64,000 bases of DNA. It comes from an uncultured Alphaproteobacteria bacterium. Its GTDB lineage: Bacteria > Pseudomonadota > Alphaproteobacteria > Rhizobiales > Xanthobacteraceae. The stretch lies in NCBI GenBank assembly GCA_963696255.1, contig CAVOJN010000004.1:266836-330835 (forward strand), in the 5' to 3' direction. Positions 22,272 through 33,261 of this stretch are shown here, one piece after another (within the stretch, counting starts at the first letter, position 1; every line of letters starts with the position of its first letter). Under the pieces are notes generated by a model that was given only the letters and a program-made list of their open reading frames with translations, was not told where the DNA came from and made no database searches. The position numbers and the translations under genes are program-made.

Positions 22272-22866
22272 ATCCCGATGCCGGCGCGGTGTCCGGTTGC
22301 GCGGCGCGGGCGCGCACGTCGGATAATCTCGCGCCGACAAATGCCATCGCCGTCTTGCATGCGGCGTCGCTGCCAAAGCAGCGGCTCGGGATCGCCACCG
22401 CCGTGTAGGGGGTAATCCAGACCAGCAGCAGGCTCCGTTCCAGCGTACAGCGAGGGATCCTGATCCATTCGTATGTCGAGCGTGCTCCCTTGCGGATGAC
22501 CGTGATGCCGGTGTGGTCGAGCTCGGCCGTTTGCGCTTCGAGCGAATCCAACTGCGTCGTGAAGTATCGGCGCCGGCCGACCCAGCCGATCAGGGACCAC
22601 CCGATCCAGCATGTGATGATCCCGAGGCCGAAGGCGAACAGGCTGTATTTGCCGACAATCTCGATCGCTTCGGTGTCATCCAGGCTCTGCGCGGCAAGCC
22701 AGCGGAACAGGAAAGCCGCCGGGATCGCGCAGAACAGCACAGCAATGGAAATGTTGAAGGCCAGCCAGCTGCGGCTACGCCGTTCGACGGCGGCGGCGTA
22801 GCGCGCATAATCGTCCGCCGTCAGGTCGAAGTTGACCGTGATGCGCTCGGGTCCGCTGTCGCTCAT
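22264..22866 (-). CDS. YcxB-like membrane protein
   Basis: Two TM segments followed by a GITV...YEW..I...AIPSRCF C-terminal domain. Confidence 0.6.
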   Translation of the reverse strand: MSDSGPERITVNFDLTADDYARYAAAVERRSRSWLAFNISIAVLFCAIPAAFLFRWLAAQSLDDTEAIEIVGKYSLFAFGLGIITCWIGWSLIGWVGRRRYFTTQLDSLEAQTAELDHTGITVIRKGARSTYEWIRIPRCTLERSLLLVWITPYTAVAIPSRCFGSDAACKTAMAFVGARLSDVRARAAQPDTAPASGST

Positions 22867-22950
22867 CCCTGGGACTGATCTCCGCCTGCCGTCGTGCGGC
22901 GATCAGTAGACGACGGCAGGGCCAGCTTCAACGAGCGGACAGCATGAGGC

Positions 22951-23835
22951 CTACTGATAATAGCCCTGCGGCTGATAATATTGCGGGCGCGGCTGGGTGT
23001 AATAACCCTGCGGTGCCGGAGGGTAGCCCTGGTTGTTGGCGGCGCGGGGCTGCTGCTGCGGAGTGACCTGCGCGTCGAACAGGCGGCGGCCCGTGCGCGG
23101 AGCCGGATAGATCTGCTGATCCGTGCTGCCGTCGGCCGGATAGATGTAGCCGTCATCCGGCCGCCGCTGGTTGGCATAGATCTGCTCGTTGTTGGGATAG
23201 ATTTGCTGGTTGTTGGGATAGACCTGCTGATTGGGATAGGTCTGCTGACCGGAATAGACCTGTTGATTGGAATAGACCTGTTGATTGGAATAGATCTGCG
23301 CCTGCGGCGTGATCACGACCGGATCGCCGGCGGCGTATTGCTGATCGGGGGTCTGTGTCTGCCTGCGGGCGAGCGCATTCCCGCGCGGGTTGCGCGCGAG
23401 CGCGATCGCCGCCGAGCCGGTCAGCGTCACCGTGGTGTTGAGCACGCCCTGTTGCTGCACCAGCGCATAGAGCGAGGTCGCGTGTGCCTTCGACAGCCGC
23501 ACGCAGCCATGGGAGGCCGGCGAGCCGAGCCGGCCTTCGGAATCGGTGCCATGGATCGCATGCCCGATCTTGGTGAAGAAGATCGAGTGCGGCATCGGCG
23601 CGTCGTCGAATTCCTTGGAGTAGTGGTCCTCTTCCATGCGGAAGGCACGGAAGCTTCCGTTCGGCGTCTCGCGTGAGGGAATTCCGGTCGAGACCGGCCA
23701 GTGATACCGCTCCACGCCGTCGACCGCGACGGTCATCATCTGGCTGTTCTTGTCGACGGTGATGTCGACTTTCGCCTGGGCGGAATGGCCGGCAAACAAC
23801 ATCAGTCCGGCGAGTGCAACGAAAGTGAAACGCAT
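22951..23835 (-). CDS. L,D-transpeptidase (YkuD) with Q/Y/N/P-rich C-terminal tail
   Basis: Signal peptide, WPVSTG, PMPHSIFF, AIHGT...ASHGCVRL catalytic motif. Confidence 0.92.
   Translation of the reverse strand: MRFTFVALAGLMLFAGHSAQAKVDITVDKNSQMMTVAVDGVERYHWPVSTGIPSRETPNGSFRAFRMEEDHYSKEFDDAPMPHSIFFTKIGHAIHGTDSEGRLGSPASHGCVRLSKAHATSLYALVQQQGVLNTTVTLTGSAAIALARNPRGNALARRQTQTPDQQYAAGDPVVITPQAQIYSNQQVYSNQQVYSGQQTYPNQQVYPNNQQIYPNNEQIYANQRRPDDGYIYPADGSTDQQIYPAPRTGRRLFDAQVTPQQQPRAANNQGYPPAPQGYYTQPRPQYYQPQGYYQ
23167..23298 (-). repeat. Intragenic 18/21-bp tandem repeat encoding (N)QQxY[SP]N
   Basis: QIYSNQQVYSNQQVYSGQQTYPNQQVYPNNQQIYPNNEQIYANQ, about 7 units. Confidence 0.85.
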
Positions 23836-24031
23836 TTTACTTCTGGCCTCCAGGCTTGGTTTTCCAGCCGTTCTTTTCCGCCCCCGGTTCCAATATGCCC
23901 TGAATCCGGGTTTGGTTCCAGCTACCTGCAGCGGGATACTTGATGTGTCGCGGCAAAGGGGCGGAGGTTGGGCCCGAGAGCTGAACTTTTCGCGAGCGTC
24001 GACCAACCCCTGTGCGGGCATACCTTTCGCG

Positions 24032-24790
24032 TCAGTTCTTCAGCCGGTAGCCGGTCCTGAAGATCCACGACACCGTGACCATGCAGACGACCAGGAAGGC
24101 TGCGACCATGCCGAGGCTCACGGTCACGCTGACGTCGGCGATCTCGAAGAAACTCCAGCGGAAGCCGGAGATCAGATAGACGACGGGATTGAGCAGGGCG
24201 ATGCTGCGCCAGGGCGCGGGCAGCATGTTGATCGAATAGAAGCTGCCGCCGAGGAAGGTCAGCGGCGTCACGATCAGCATCGGGATCATCTGCAGCTTCT
24301 CGAAGCCGTCGGCCCAGATGCCGATGATGAAGCCGAACAGGCTGAAGGTCACCGCGGTCAGCACCAGGAAGGCCAGCATCCAGCAGCGGATGATCGACAT
24401 GCAGCGGCACGAACAGGCTTGCCGTGGCGAGGATGATCAGGCCGAGGATGATGGACTTGGTCGCGGCTGCGCCGACATAGCCGAGCACGATCTCGAAGGG
24501 GGAGACCGGCGCCGAGAAGATTTCATAGATGGTGCCGACGAATTTCGGGAAGTAGATGGCGAACGAGGCGTTCATGATGCTCTGCGTCAGCACCGACAGC
24601 ATGATCAGCCCCGGCACGATGAAGGTGCCATAGCTCACGCCCTCGATCTCCGTGATGCGCGAGCCGATCGCGGCGCCGAACACCACGAAATAGAGTGAGG
24701 TCGACACCACGGGCGAGACGATGCTTTGCAGCAGCGTGCGGCCGGTGCGCGCCATTTCGAATTTGTAGATTGCGCGGATGGCGTAGACGT

Positions 24791-24794
<4 letters not shown>
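24032..24794 (-). CDS. ABC-2 permease (YadH-like); +1 frameshift near 24385
   Basis: [16 protein letters not shown]...FIVPGLIM joins [17 protein letters not shown]...[13 protein letters not shown]; span 763 nt. Confidence 0.85.
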
Positions 24795-25714
<920 letters not shown>

Positions 25715-25833
25715 GCAAAACGCCGGATGGGCCCGCTTTGGGCAGAAGCAAGGCAATGGTCTGAAACAGTGTCCTGAAATAGGAAAGCGAAAGCCCTTGG
25801 CAATCGTCCGGTTCGGCAGGTTACTTCTTTTTC

Positions 25834-26530
25834 TTACCTCTTTTTCTTGGCCGATTTCTTGGCAGCAGGTGTCGCGGCCGCCGGCGCCGCAGGTTGCTGG
25901 TCGGGCATTTTCGCCACCGTGAGAATCTGGATCTGCAGATTGACCGGCGAGGCCGGCTTCGCCTGGTCGATGAACTGCTCCTCGCCGACGCCGAGCGACT
26001 GGATGCGCTTGGCGGAAATCTTGAAGGTGTTGACCAGCACCTCGCGGACCGCGTCGGCGCGGCGCTGGCTCAGGATCACATTGGCCTCGCGCCTTGCCGT
26101 TCGAATCGGAATGGCCGACGATCAGGAAGCTGTAGGGCAACAGCGGCGCGTTGACGAAGGCGTCGGCGATGCGCCCGATCGTCTCGTAGGATTCCGGCAG
26201 GATGATCGGCGTGTCGACGTCGAACTGGATCGCGACGTTGAAGGTCGGGAAATTCTTGAAGCTCCGGCACGATCGGCGGCCGCTTCGAGGCCTCGGGCTC
26301 GTTCTTCCCGCGCGATCGTCGACCGCTCGATGATCTTCGGCTTCAGCGCCGGGAATGTCGAGCTCGGGTGCCGCTCTCGAATTTGCTCAGCGCATTGACG
26401 ATGTCGTCACGCGCCGGAGCGGCGGCCTGAGCCGTGCGCACGGCGGGGCTCGTTGCGGCCATGCACGGCGGCAAAGCGTCGCGAGCAGGCCGAGATCGCG
26501 CAGGCGCAAGCGAGGCATCGGGACGCGCAT
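25834..26530 (-). CDS. OmpA/MotB-family peptidoglycan-binding protein; several frameshifts
   Basis: Fragments [37 protein letters not shown]...IQSLGVGE; ATGA overlap with the upstream gene. Confidence 0.7.
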
Positions 26531-26950
26531 CAGCGGTACCCCGCATCGATCGTGGCCTGGGTGCAGTTGCGGCTGACGCCCTTGGCGGTCAACAGGCAGG
26601 GGACCGACTTGGAGGTCTCCTTGGTCGAGCCGTGGCACAGCTTGATGATTTCGAGCCGGCAGGCACCGGCGACCGTGACGCGCGCGGCGATCCGCTTCTG
26701 GATCTGGTCGAACGGCACCAGGAAGTTCGCCCTGCATTGCGGCGACGCCACGTCCTGGTTGCGGGACAGGCATTCCTTCAGCCGATTGGAGTCGAGATTG
26801 ACGCCGCGGCAATTGGCTGTGATCTCCGCGCCGCAGCTCTTGGCCAGCAGCGCCGCCGACTTCGGAAAAGGTCATGATGGGATCGGCCGCATGCGCCAGC
26901 GAAGGCGATGCGAGCGCGAGAATCAAAAGGATCGTCCGGCCCCGAACCAT
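26530..26950 (-). CDS. Secreted cysteine-rich repeat protein; +1 frameshift near 26870
   Basis: Signal peptide ending AHA, then two C-x7-C...C...C repeats (SCGAEITANC...CLSRN...QC; ACRLEIIKLC...CLL...NC). Confidence 0.65.
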
Positions 26951-27103
26951 GGCCGCATCTGATACGAACAGATCGAGAATGGTCAAGGGCTCAGCTGTGC
27001 AGAATCATCACCTTAGCGCTTCAGAAGCGGGCGTGCTGGCTGATCTCTGCCTGGGCAGCGAGGCAAGACCGTCAGGCCGGTGGCTTCAGTAATGACCCGC
27101 CGC

Positions 27104-29748
27104 TCACGCCCGCTCGACGAAGCTGTCGACCACCTTCTTCTCGCCGGCCTTGTCGAAGGCGATGGTGAGCTTGTTGCCGTCGATCTTGACGACATGGCCG
27201 TAGCCGAATTTCTGGTGGAAGACGCGGTCGTCGAGATTGAACTCCGACACCGTGCCGGTGGATTTGGCGACCAGCTCGCCCTCGATGGTCACGGGGCCGC
27301 GCTTGTTGCGCGAGAAGCCGCCGCCGAAATCGCCGCGTCACGAGGCATCGCTGCGCGAGCCTGAGAAGGGCGACTGCTCCTCGTCAAAGCCGCCGCGCGA
27401 CTGCGCTTGATCCGCTGCGCGCTTGTCCCTGGCCGTTGCGCCGCGCGCCGCGGCGGGCCTGCGCGCGCTGCCAGCCCGGCGTGCCGTAGCTCGAGCCGAA
27501 GGATTCGACATTGTCGAAGCGCGACGGGCCGTAGCCGCCGGCGCCGCCCCAGCCGTCGCCGCCCTTCGATTCCGTGATCTCGACACTCGCCGACGGCAAT
27601 TCGTCGAGAAAGCGCGAGGGGATCGTGGTCGTCCAGGTGCCGTGGATGCGGCGGTTGGTGGCAAAATAGAGTTTTGCGCGGCGGCGGGCGCGCGTCAGCC
27701 CGACATGGGCGAGGCGGCGCTCTTCTTCCAGGCCAGCGCGGCCCTGTTCGTCGAGCGTGCGCTGGCTCGGAAACAGGCCTTCCTCCCAGCCCGGCAGGAA
27801 CACGTTGTCGAATTCGAGCCCCTTGGCCGAATGCAGCGTCATCAGCGACACCGCCTCGTCGTCGGCGCCGCCATCGCGGTCCATCACCAGCGCAGATGTG
27901 CTCGAGGAAACCTTGCAGGTTCTCGAACTCCTCCATCGAGCGCACCAGTTCCTTGAGGTTGTCGAGCCGGCCCGCGGCGTCGGCCGAGCGGTCCTTCTGC
28001 CACATCTCGGTGTAGCCGCTCTCGTCGAGCACGATCTCGGCGAGTTCCGTATGCGAGGTGACCTCGCGGGCGCCGCGCCAGCGGTCGAACTGCGCGACGA
28101 GATCGCGCAGCGAGCCGCGCGCCTTCGGCTTCAACTCGTCGGTTTCGACGACGGCGCGCGCCGCCTCGAACAGCGGAATGCGCCGCTTGCGGGCGTGGTC
28201 GTGCAGCAGTCTGCACGGTGGCATCGCCGAGCCCGCGCTTGGGCACGTTGACGATGCGCTCGAAGGCGAGGTCGTCGGCCGGCGAATTGATGACGCGCAG
28301 ATAGGCCAGCGCGTCGCGGATTTCGGCGCGCTCGTAGAAGCGCGGGCCGCCGATCACGCGATAGGGCAGGCCGAGCGTGACAAAGCGGTCTTCGAACTCG
28401 CGCATCTGATAGGAGGCGCGCACCAGGATCGCGATCTCGTTCAGCTGCTCGCCGGCGCGCTGCAGCTCCTCGATCTCCTCGCCGATGCCGCGCGCTTCCT
28501 CTTCCGAATCCCAGGCGCCGGTGACGGTGACCTTCTCGCCGTCGACGTCCTCGGTGCGCAGCGTCTTGCCGAGCCGGCCTTCATTATGCGCGATGAGGTA
28601 GGAGGCGGCGGCGAGGATATGGCCGGTCGAGCGGTAGTTGCGCTCCAGGCGAATGACCTTCGCGCCGGGGAAATCGTGCTCGAAGCGCAGGATGTTGTCG
28701 ACCTCCGCGCCGCGCCAGCCATAGATCGACTGGTCGTCGTCGCCGACGCAGCAGATGTTCTTGAGGGGAGGGGCGGGCTGAGGCGCATCGTCATTCCGGG
28801 GCGCACCGTTCAGGTGCGAACCCGGAATCTCGATCGGCGGAGCTCGATCTCGGTGATTCTCCGATGTGCGATTGCACATCTGAGTTCGGGCCTTCTGCGC
28901 GCCCCGGAATGACGGCCTTGGACGACGACGGCGCCTGCGACAGCAGCCGCAGCCACAGATACTGCGCGACGTTGGTGTCCTGATATTCGTCGACCAGGAT
29001 GAACGTGAAGCGGTGCTGGTATTGCCGGAGCACGTCGGGATGCTCGCGGAAGATCCGGATGTTCTCCAGCAGGAGATCGCCGAAATCGGCGGCGTTGAGG
29101 ATCTTCAGCCGCTCCTGATAGGCCGTGTAGAGCTTGCCGCCCTTGCCGTTGGCAAAGACCGCGGCTTCGCCCGGCGGCACCTGCGATGGCGCGAGACCGC
29201 GGTTCTTCCAGCCGTCGATCAGACCGGCCAGCATGCGCGCCGGCCAGCGCTTGTCGTCGATGTCCTCGGCCTGCAAGCAGCTGCTTCAACAGCCGCACCT
29301 GGTCGTCGACGTCGAGCACGGTGAAATTGGATTTGAGCTGCGCCATCTCGGCGTGGAAGCGCAGGATGCGGCCGCCGATGGAGTGGAAGGTGCCGAGCCA
29401 CGGCATGCCTTCGACCGCCTGGCCGAGCATCTGGCCGAGCCGCAGCTTCATCTCGCGCGCGGCCTTGTTGGTGAAGGTCACCGAGAGGATTTCGTTCGGG
29501 CGGGCGCGGCCCTGGCTCAGGATGTGGGCGATGCGGGTGGTGAGCACGCGCGTCTTGCCGGTGCCGGCGCCGGCCAGCACCAGCACCGGACCGTCCAGCG
29601 TCTCCACCGCCTCGCGCTGTTCGGGATTGAGCCCGTCGAGATAGCGCGCACCGCCGGTTGCCGCCGCGCGCGCGCGCGCGGCGATGCCGCCAGCGGCAGG
29701 CTGGTGGTCGGGCACACTCAGGGGGCTCAATTTACTCGGCTCGGTCAT
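27104..29748 (-). CDS. uvrD: UvrD/PcrA superfamily 1 DNA helicase; several apparent frameshifts and an internal REP-derived insert
   Basis: LNPEQ, AGAGTGKT, TFTNKAA, VDEYQD, VGDDDQSIYGWRGA, LERNYRS, MTLHSAKGLEF, EERRLAHVGLTRA, C-terminal RVFHQKFGYG Tudor-like domain, spread over several frames. Confidence 0.93.
28789..28914. repeat. CGTC REP-like doublet inside uvrD
   Basis: CGTCATTCCGGGGCGC...GCGCCCCGGAATGACG ends with inner hairpins CGCACC-GTTCA-GGTGCG and GATGTGC-GATT-GCACATC. Confidence 0.9.
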
Positions 29749-29929
29749 CCGCGAATCGTGTTGCCCCACGATGCCACCGCAGGGTCGTCAGGGGGAGCCT
29801 TCTTAGCAGGGAATAGGGGCTATATGGGGCGTTTGCCGCCGGATTTACAGACTTATTCGGCCCGCCGCGCCCGTCCGATTTTTTCGATTTTGTTCCCCTT
29901 TGTGCGCGAATTTTCCGGTCCCCGCCGGT

Positions 29930-29957
29930 CGGAACATTCGGTTCCGGATCGGCATTG
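29930..29957 (+). promoter_or_regulatory. Putative EcfG/RpoE2-type (general stress) promoter
   Basis: GGAAC-N17-CATT upstream of a DUF1328 gene; -10 deviates from CGTT. Confidence 0.5.
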
Positions 29958-29995
29958 GTTGACCAGACCAAGATCGGACAACAGAGGTTTTTCAC

Positions 29996-30169
29996 ATGTT
30001 AGGCTGGGTCGTCACCTTCCTGATCATCGCGTTGATCGCCGGTATTCTCGGCTTCGGCGGTATCGCCGGCGCCTCGATCGAAATCGCGAAGATCATCTTC
30101 TTCATCGCCGTCGTGCTGTTCCTGGTGTCCGCCGTGATCGGCGTGTCCCGAGGGCGCACGAGGGTCTAG
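29996..30169 (+). CDS. DUF1328/UPF0391 (YtjA-like) small membrane protein (57 aa; absent from the ORF track)
   Basis: [49 protein letters not shown]; AGAGG RBS. Confidence 0.92.
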   Translation: MLGWVVTFLIIALIAGILGFGGIAGASIEIAKIIFFIAVVLFLVSAVIGVSRGRTRV

Positions 30170-30178
30170 CGCGCCAAC

Positions 30179-30210
30179 AAAAAAGCCCGGCGCTCCTGCA
30201 CCGGGCTTTG
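30179..30210. terminator. Probable bidirectional terminator
   Basis: AAAAAAGCCCGG...CCGGGCTTTG hairpin between convergent genes. Confidence 0.65.
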
Positions 30211-30256
30211 CTTGCAATCCGCGCGGGCTTGCCGCGTCGTGGGATAGACGAGGCCT

Positions 30257-31225
30257 TCAGCGCTTCGCCGGCTGTGCCAGGAAAGCGCGCGTCAACCGGG
30301 CAATATCGGGAGCGGATTCGTCGAGCGCGAAGTGGCCGGCATCCAGCATGTGCACTTCCGCCTTCGGCACGTCCTTCTTGAGAGCCGCGACCTCGGCGAC
30401 GTCGAACACGGGGTCATAGCGGCCCCAGACGATCAGCGTCGGCGGACGGCGCTCGCGCAACCAATTCTGCCATGCCGGATACTCGTTCAGATTGGTGCGG
30501 TAGTCGTAAAAGAGGTCTGCCTGGATGTCGGGCTCGCCCGGCCGGGCCAGGAAGGCGACTTCGTCCATCCACAGATCGGGACTGTAGTGCTCGGGATGCG
30601 GCGAAGTGCCGAGATGGCGACGCTGGGAGTTCTCGACCGAGGCGAGGCCGGCGCGGTATTTCGCTTCGTTCGCGGCGCGGTCCGCCCAGAAGCCCTTGCG
30701 TTGGGCTCCCAGCCTGCCCAGCCCCTCTTCATGCGCGACCGCGTTCTGGACGATGAGCGCGGTCACCCGCTCCGGATGGGCGACAGCAAGCCGGTATCCC
30801 ACCGGGCCGCCATAGTCCTGCACGTACAGCGCATAGTGGTCGAGATGGATCGCTTCGGTGAACGCACCGACGATGTCGGTGATGGCAGCGAAGGTGTAGG
30901 CGAACTTGTCCGGCGGCGGCGCATCGGAATTGCCGAAGCCGGGATAGTCGGGCGCGATCAGATGATAGCGGTCGGCGAGCAGCGGAATCAGCGTGTCGAA
31001 CATCCGTGACGACGACGGAAAGCCGTGCAGCAGCAGGATGGCCGGTGCGCTGGCGGGGCCCGCTTCACGATAGAAGATGTTGAGGCCCTGGATGTTGATG
31101 GTCTTGTAGGTAACCGACTTGTCGGCGGCCGGCGCCGCTGGTGCGGCGTTTCCGGCGGCCAACGCGGAGGTTTGCGACATGCAGCCCAGGACGAGGGCTG
31201 CGGCGAGCAGGCGGCGAATGGTCAT
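30257..31225 (-). CDS. Exported alpha/beta hydrolase (epoxide hydrolase / dehalogenase-like)
   Basis: Signal peptide, LLHGFPSS, APDYPGFG.S, QDYGG, WGRYD, AGHFAL. Confidence 0.88.
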   Translation of the reverse strand: MTIRRLLAAALVLGCMSQTSALAAGNAAPAAPAADKSVTYKTINIQGLNIFYREAGPASAPAILLLHGFPSSSRMFDTLIPLLADRYHLIAPDYPGFGNSDAPPPDKFAYTFAAITDIVGAFTEAIHLDHYALYVQDYGGPVGYRLAVAHPERVTALIVQNAVAHEEGLGRLGAQRKGFWADRAANEAKYRAGLASVENSQRRHLGTSPHPEHYSPDLWMDEVAFLARPGEPDIQADLFYDYRTNLNEYPAWQNWLRERRPPTLIVWGRYDPVFDVAEVAALKKDVPKAEVHMLDAGHFALDESAPDIARLTRAFLAQPAKR

Positions 31226-31384
31226 GAAGAACTCCCCGAAATTTTCGCTCCGTTAGTCGCGACCTTCGGCGCGCGTCAATCAACAGCCGCGTGAAACGGC
31301 GGCTTTGTCGCTTTAAGCCGCATCCTTGTCGCTGCAGTCCCAGACGCCGAGAGTTCGGAAGCTCCTGTCGGTCCACCGCACCGA

Positions 31385-32293
31385 TCATCGCAGGGTGAGA
31401 ACGCCCTGCGTGACTTCCACGCAGCTGCCGCCGATGAATGTCTTCACGACATGTCCACCCTGCTTCACGGCCTCGACGTCCATGATGCTGGGACGGCCCA
31501 TGTCAAAGCCCTGACCGATACGCTTCGTGATCGTGCGGTCCTTCTCGGGAGCAAGGTGGGCCAAAAGACCGATCAGGGCGACGTTCGCGCTGCCCGTCGC
31601 GGGGTCCTCGGGAATGCCGTGCAAGGGGGCGAACATCCGCGACTGGATGTCCACGCGATCGTCCGAAATGGGCATGTAGAGATGTACACCGGTCACCAAA
31701 TCTCTCGGTAGCTCCGAGCCGAACGTTGCGGCGTTGGGCTGGGCTGCCGCGAGGGCCTTTCGCGAGCTGACCTCGGCAAACAGGAAGGGGGCTCCGCAGC
31801 TTGCGATGCAGGGCGCATGGTTGCGGGTCTCGATGTCGGACACTGAGAGGCCGCAGGCTCGTGCCACGAGCTCGGGGTCGATCTGACCGGAAATCTTGAG
31901 CGGTTGGGGCGCGGACAGGCGCGAGCCGGATGTGGTAGCCCCTTGCCCGATCAGGTCCATGGTGACCAGCCCGGCAATTTCCTCGAACGCAAGTGAAGAA
32001 CCGCCGATCGGTTTGCCGCAGACATGCCCCAACCGCGCCAGGACAAAGGCGGTGCCGACATTGGGATGTCCGGCGAATGGCATCTCCGCTTTCGGGGTGA
32101 AGATGCGGACATGCGCGGTGTTGCGCGGATCCTTTGGAGGCAGCACGAACGTGGTTTCGGCCAGGTTGAACTCGCTTGCGATGGCCTGCATCTGGGCGGT
32201 CGCAGGTCCTCGGCCGTCGAGAACCACGGCAAGCGGGTTTCCGCCAAATTGGCGATCGGTAAAGACGTCCACGGTCACGAACTGCACTTGCAC
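31385..32293 (-). CDS. PhzF-family isomerase/epimerase
   Basis: VDVFT...GGNPLAVV, NLAETTFV, RIFTP..EMPFAGHP, EDPATGSA, QG..MGRPS. Confidence 0.92.
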   Translation of the reverse strand: MQVQFVTVDVFTDRQFGGNPLAVVLDGRGPATAQMQAIASEFNLAETTFVLPPKDPRNTAHVRIFTPKAEMPFAGHPNVGTAFVLARLGHVCGKPIGGSSLAFEEIAGLVTMDLIGQGATTSGSRLSAPQPLKISGQIDPELVARACGLSVSDIETRNHAPCIASCGAPFLFAEVSSRKALAAAQPNAATFGSELPRDLVTGVHLYMPISDDRVDIQSRMFAPLHGIPEDPATGSANVALIGLLAHLAPEKDRTITKRIGQGFDMGRPSIMDVEAVKQGGHVVKTFIGGSCVEVTQGVLTLR

Positions 32294-32314
32294 GACGGTC
32301 TCCAGGGCGGGTGT

Positions 32315-32355
32315 AATTAGCCTAGAGACTAATTAGTAAATTGGCTAAATGTCAA
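32315..32355 (-). promoter_or_regulatory. Sigma70-like promoter with overlapping AT-rich palindromic operator, upstream of the PhzF-like gene
   Basis: TTGACA on the minus strand (32350-32355); nested dyad TTAGCC..ACTAATTAGT..GGCTAA. Confidence 0.45.
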
Positions 32356-32418
32356 TCGACGTCGATGTAACCAGAGCCGGCCATCGCATGGCCGGCTCTG
32401 GTTGCCCGGAGCTGATTG

Positions 32419-33261
32419 TTACCGCCGGACCACAATGATTTCGAGATATTCGCTGGGCACCACCATCGTGCTGTCGCCGGACCGATTCATCGATTTGATC
32501 AGTGCGAGCATGTCCTGCTTCAACGCGTCCTGTTTCGTCGCATCGAGTGCGGCGAAGGCCTTCAGCACCGGGCCGTAATAGGTCTTGAATATCTCCACGA
32601 AGTGCTCCGGCGAACGGTAGCGGAAGACGAAATTCCGCCGTTCGGCTCGGATGTGGCTCGCCGAGGGTCCGAACATCTCCTTGATGCGGGCCTCGGTGCC
32701 CCATAGTGCCGGCGATCTTGCGCCGGCCGGCGGCGGCAGATGTTTGCCGAGCGTCTTGAAGAGCTGGCCGATGAATCCTTCGGGTGTCCAGTTGGCGAGC
32801 CCGATCTTGCCGCCATGTTTGCAAACGCGGATGAGCTCGGCGGCCGCGCGGTCCTGGTTCGGTGTGAACATCACGCCGTAGGTTGAAAGAACCGCGTCGA
32901 AGCTCGCATCGTCGAAGGGCAGCGCTTCGGCGTCCGCTTCCCTGAATTCCACGGACAAGCCGTCCGCATTGGCGCGCATCCGCCCGCGCTCGAGCAGCGC
33001 GCCGACATAGTCGGTCGATACGACATTGCACCAGCGGCGTGCGGCGGCGAGCGTGGCATTGCCGTTGCCGGCCGCTACGTCGAGCACGCGCTGGCCTCCG
33101 CGGAGGTCCAGCGCCTCGCAGAGTTCCTCGCCGACGATCTGCAGCGTGGTGCCGACGACGGCGTAGTCGCCGGACGACCACGCGCCATGCTGTCGGGTCT
33201 TCAGGGCTTCGAAATCGGGTGTCGGCTGTTGTGTTGTAGCGGTGGCGCTCGATGTGGCCAT
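32419..33261 (-). CDS. Class I SAM-dependent methyltransferase
   Basis: WSSGDY, VLDVAAGNG, ADAEALPF, STYGVMF, ANWTPEG. Confidence 0.9.
   Translation of the reverse strand: MATSSATATTQQPTPDFEALKTRQHGAWSSGDYAVVGTTLQIVGEELCEALDLRGGQRVLDVAAGNGNATLAAARRWCNVVSTDYVGALLERGRMRANADGLSVEFREADAEALPFDDASFDAVLSTYGVMFTPNQDRAAAELIRVCKHGGKIGLANWTPEGFIGQLFKTLGKHLPPPAGARSPALWGTEARIKEMFGPSASHIRAERRNFVFRYRSPEHFVEIFKTYYGPVLKAFAALDATKQDALKQDMLALIKSMNRSGDSTMVVPSEYLEIIVVRR

Noticed and set aside
23167-23298. Possible CRISPR array
   Set aside because: These are contiguous in-frame coding repeats with no unique spacers and no cas genes. The dispersed REPs are not arrayed either.
27104-29748. uvrD and other split genes as pseudogenes or programmed frameshifts
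   Set aside because: All motifs are intact, there are no consistent slippery sites, and similar indels occur across the window, so sequencing error is more likely.
29892-29905. Possible LexA box upstream of uvrD (GTTC-CCCTTT-GTGC)
   Set aside because: The spacer is 6 nt rather than the 7 nt of GTTC-N7-GTTC and one half-site mismatches; it would need an indel error to fit.
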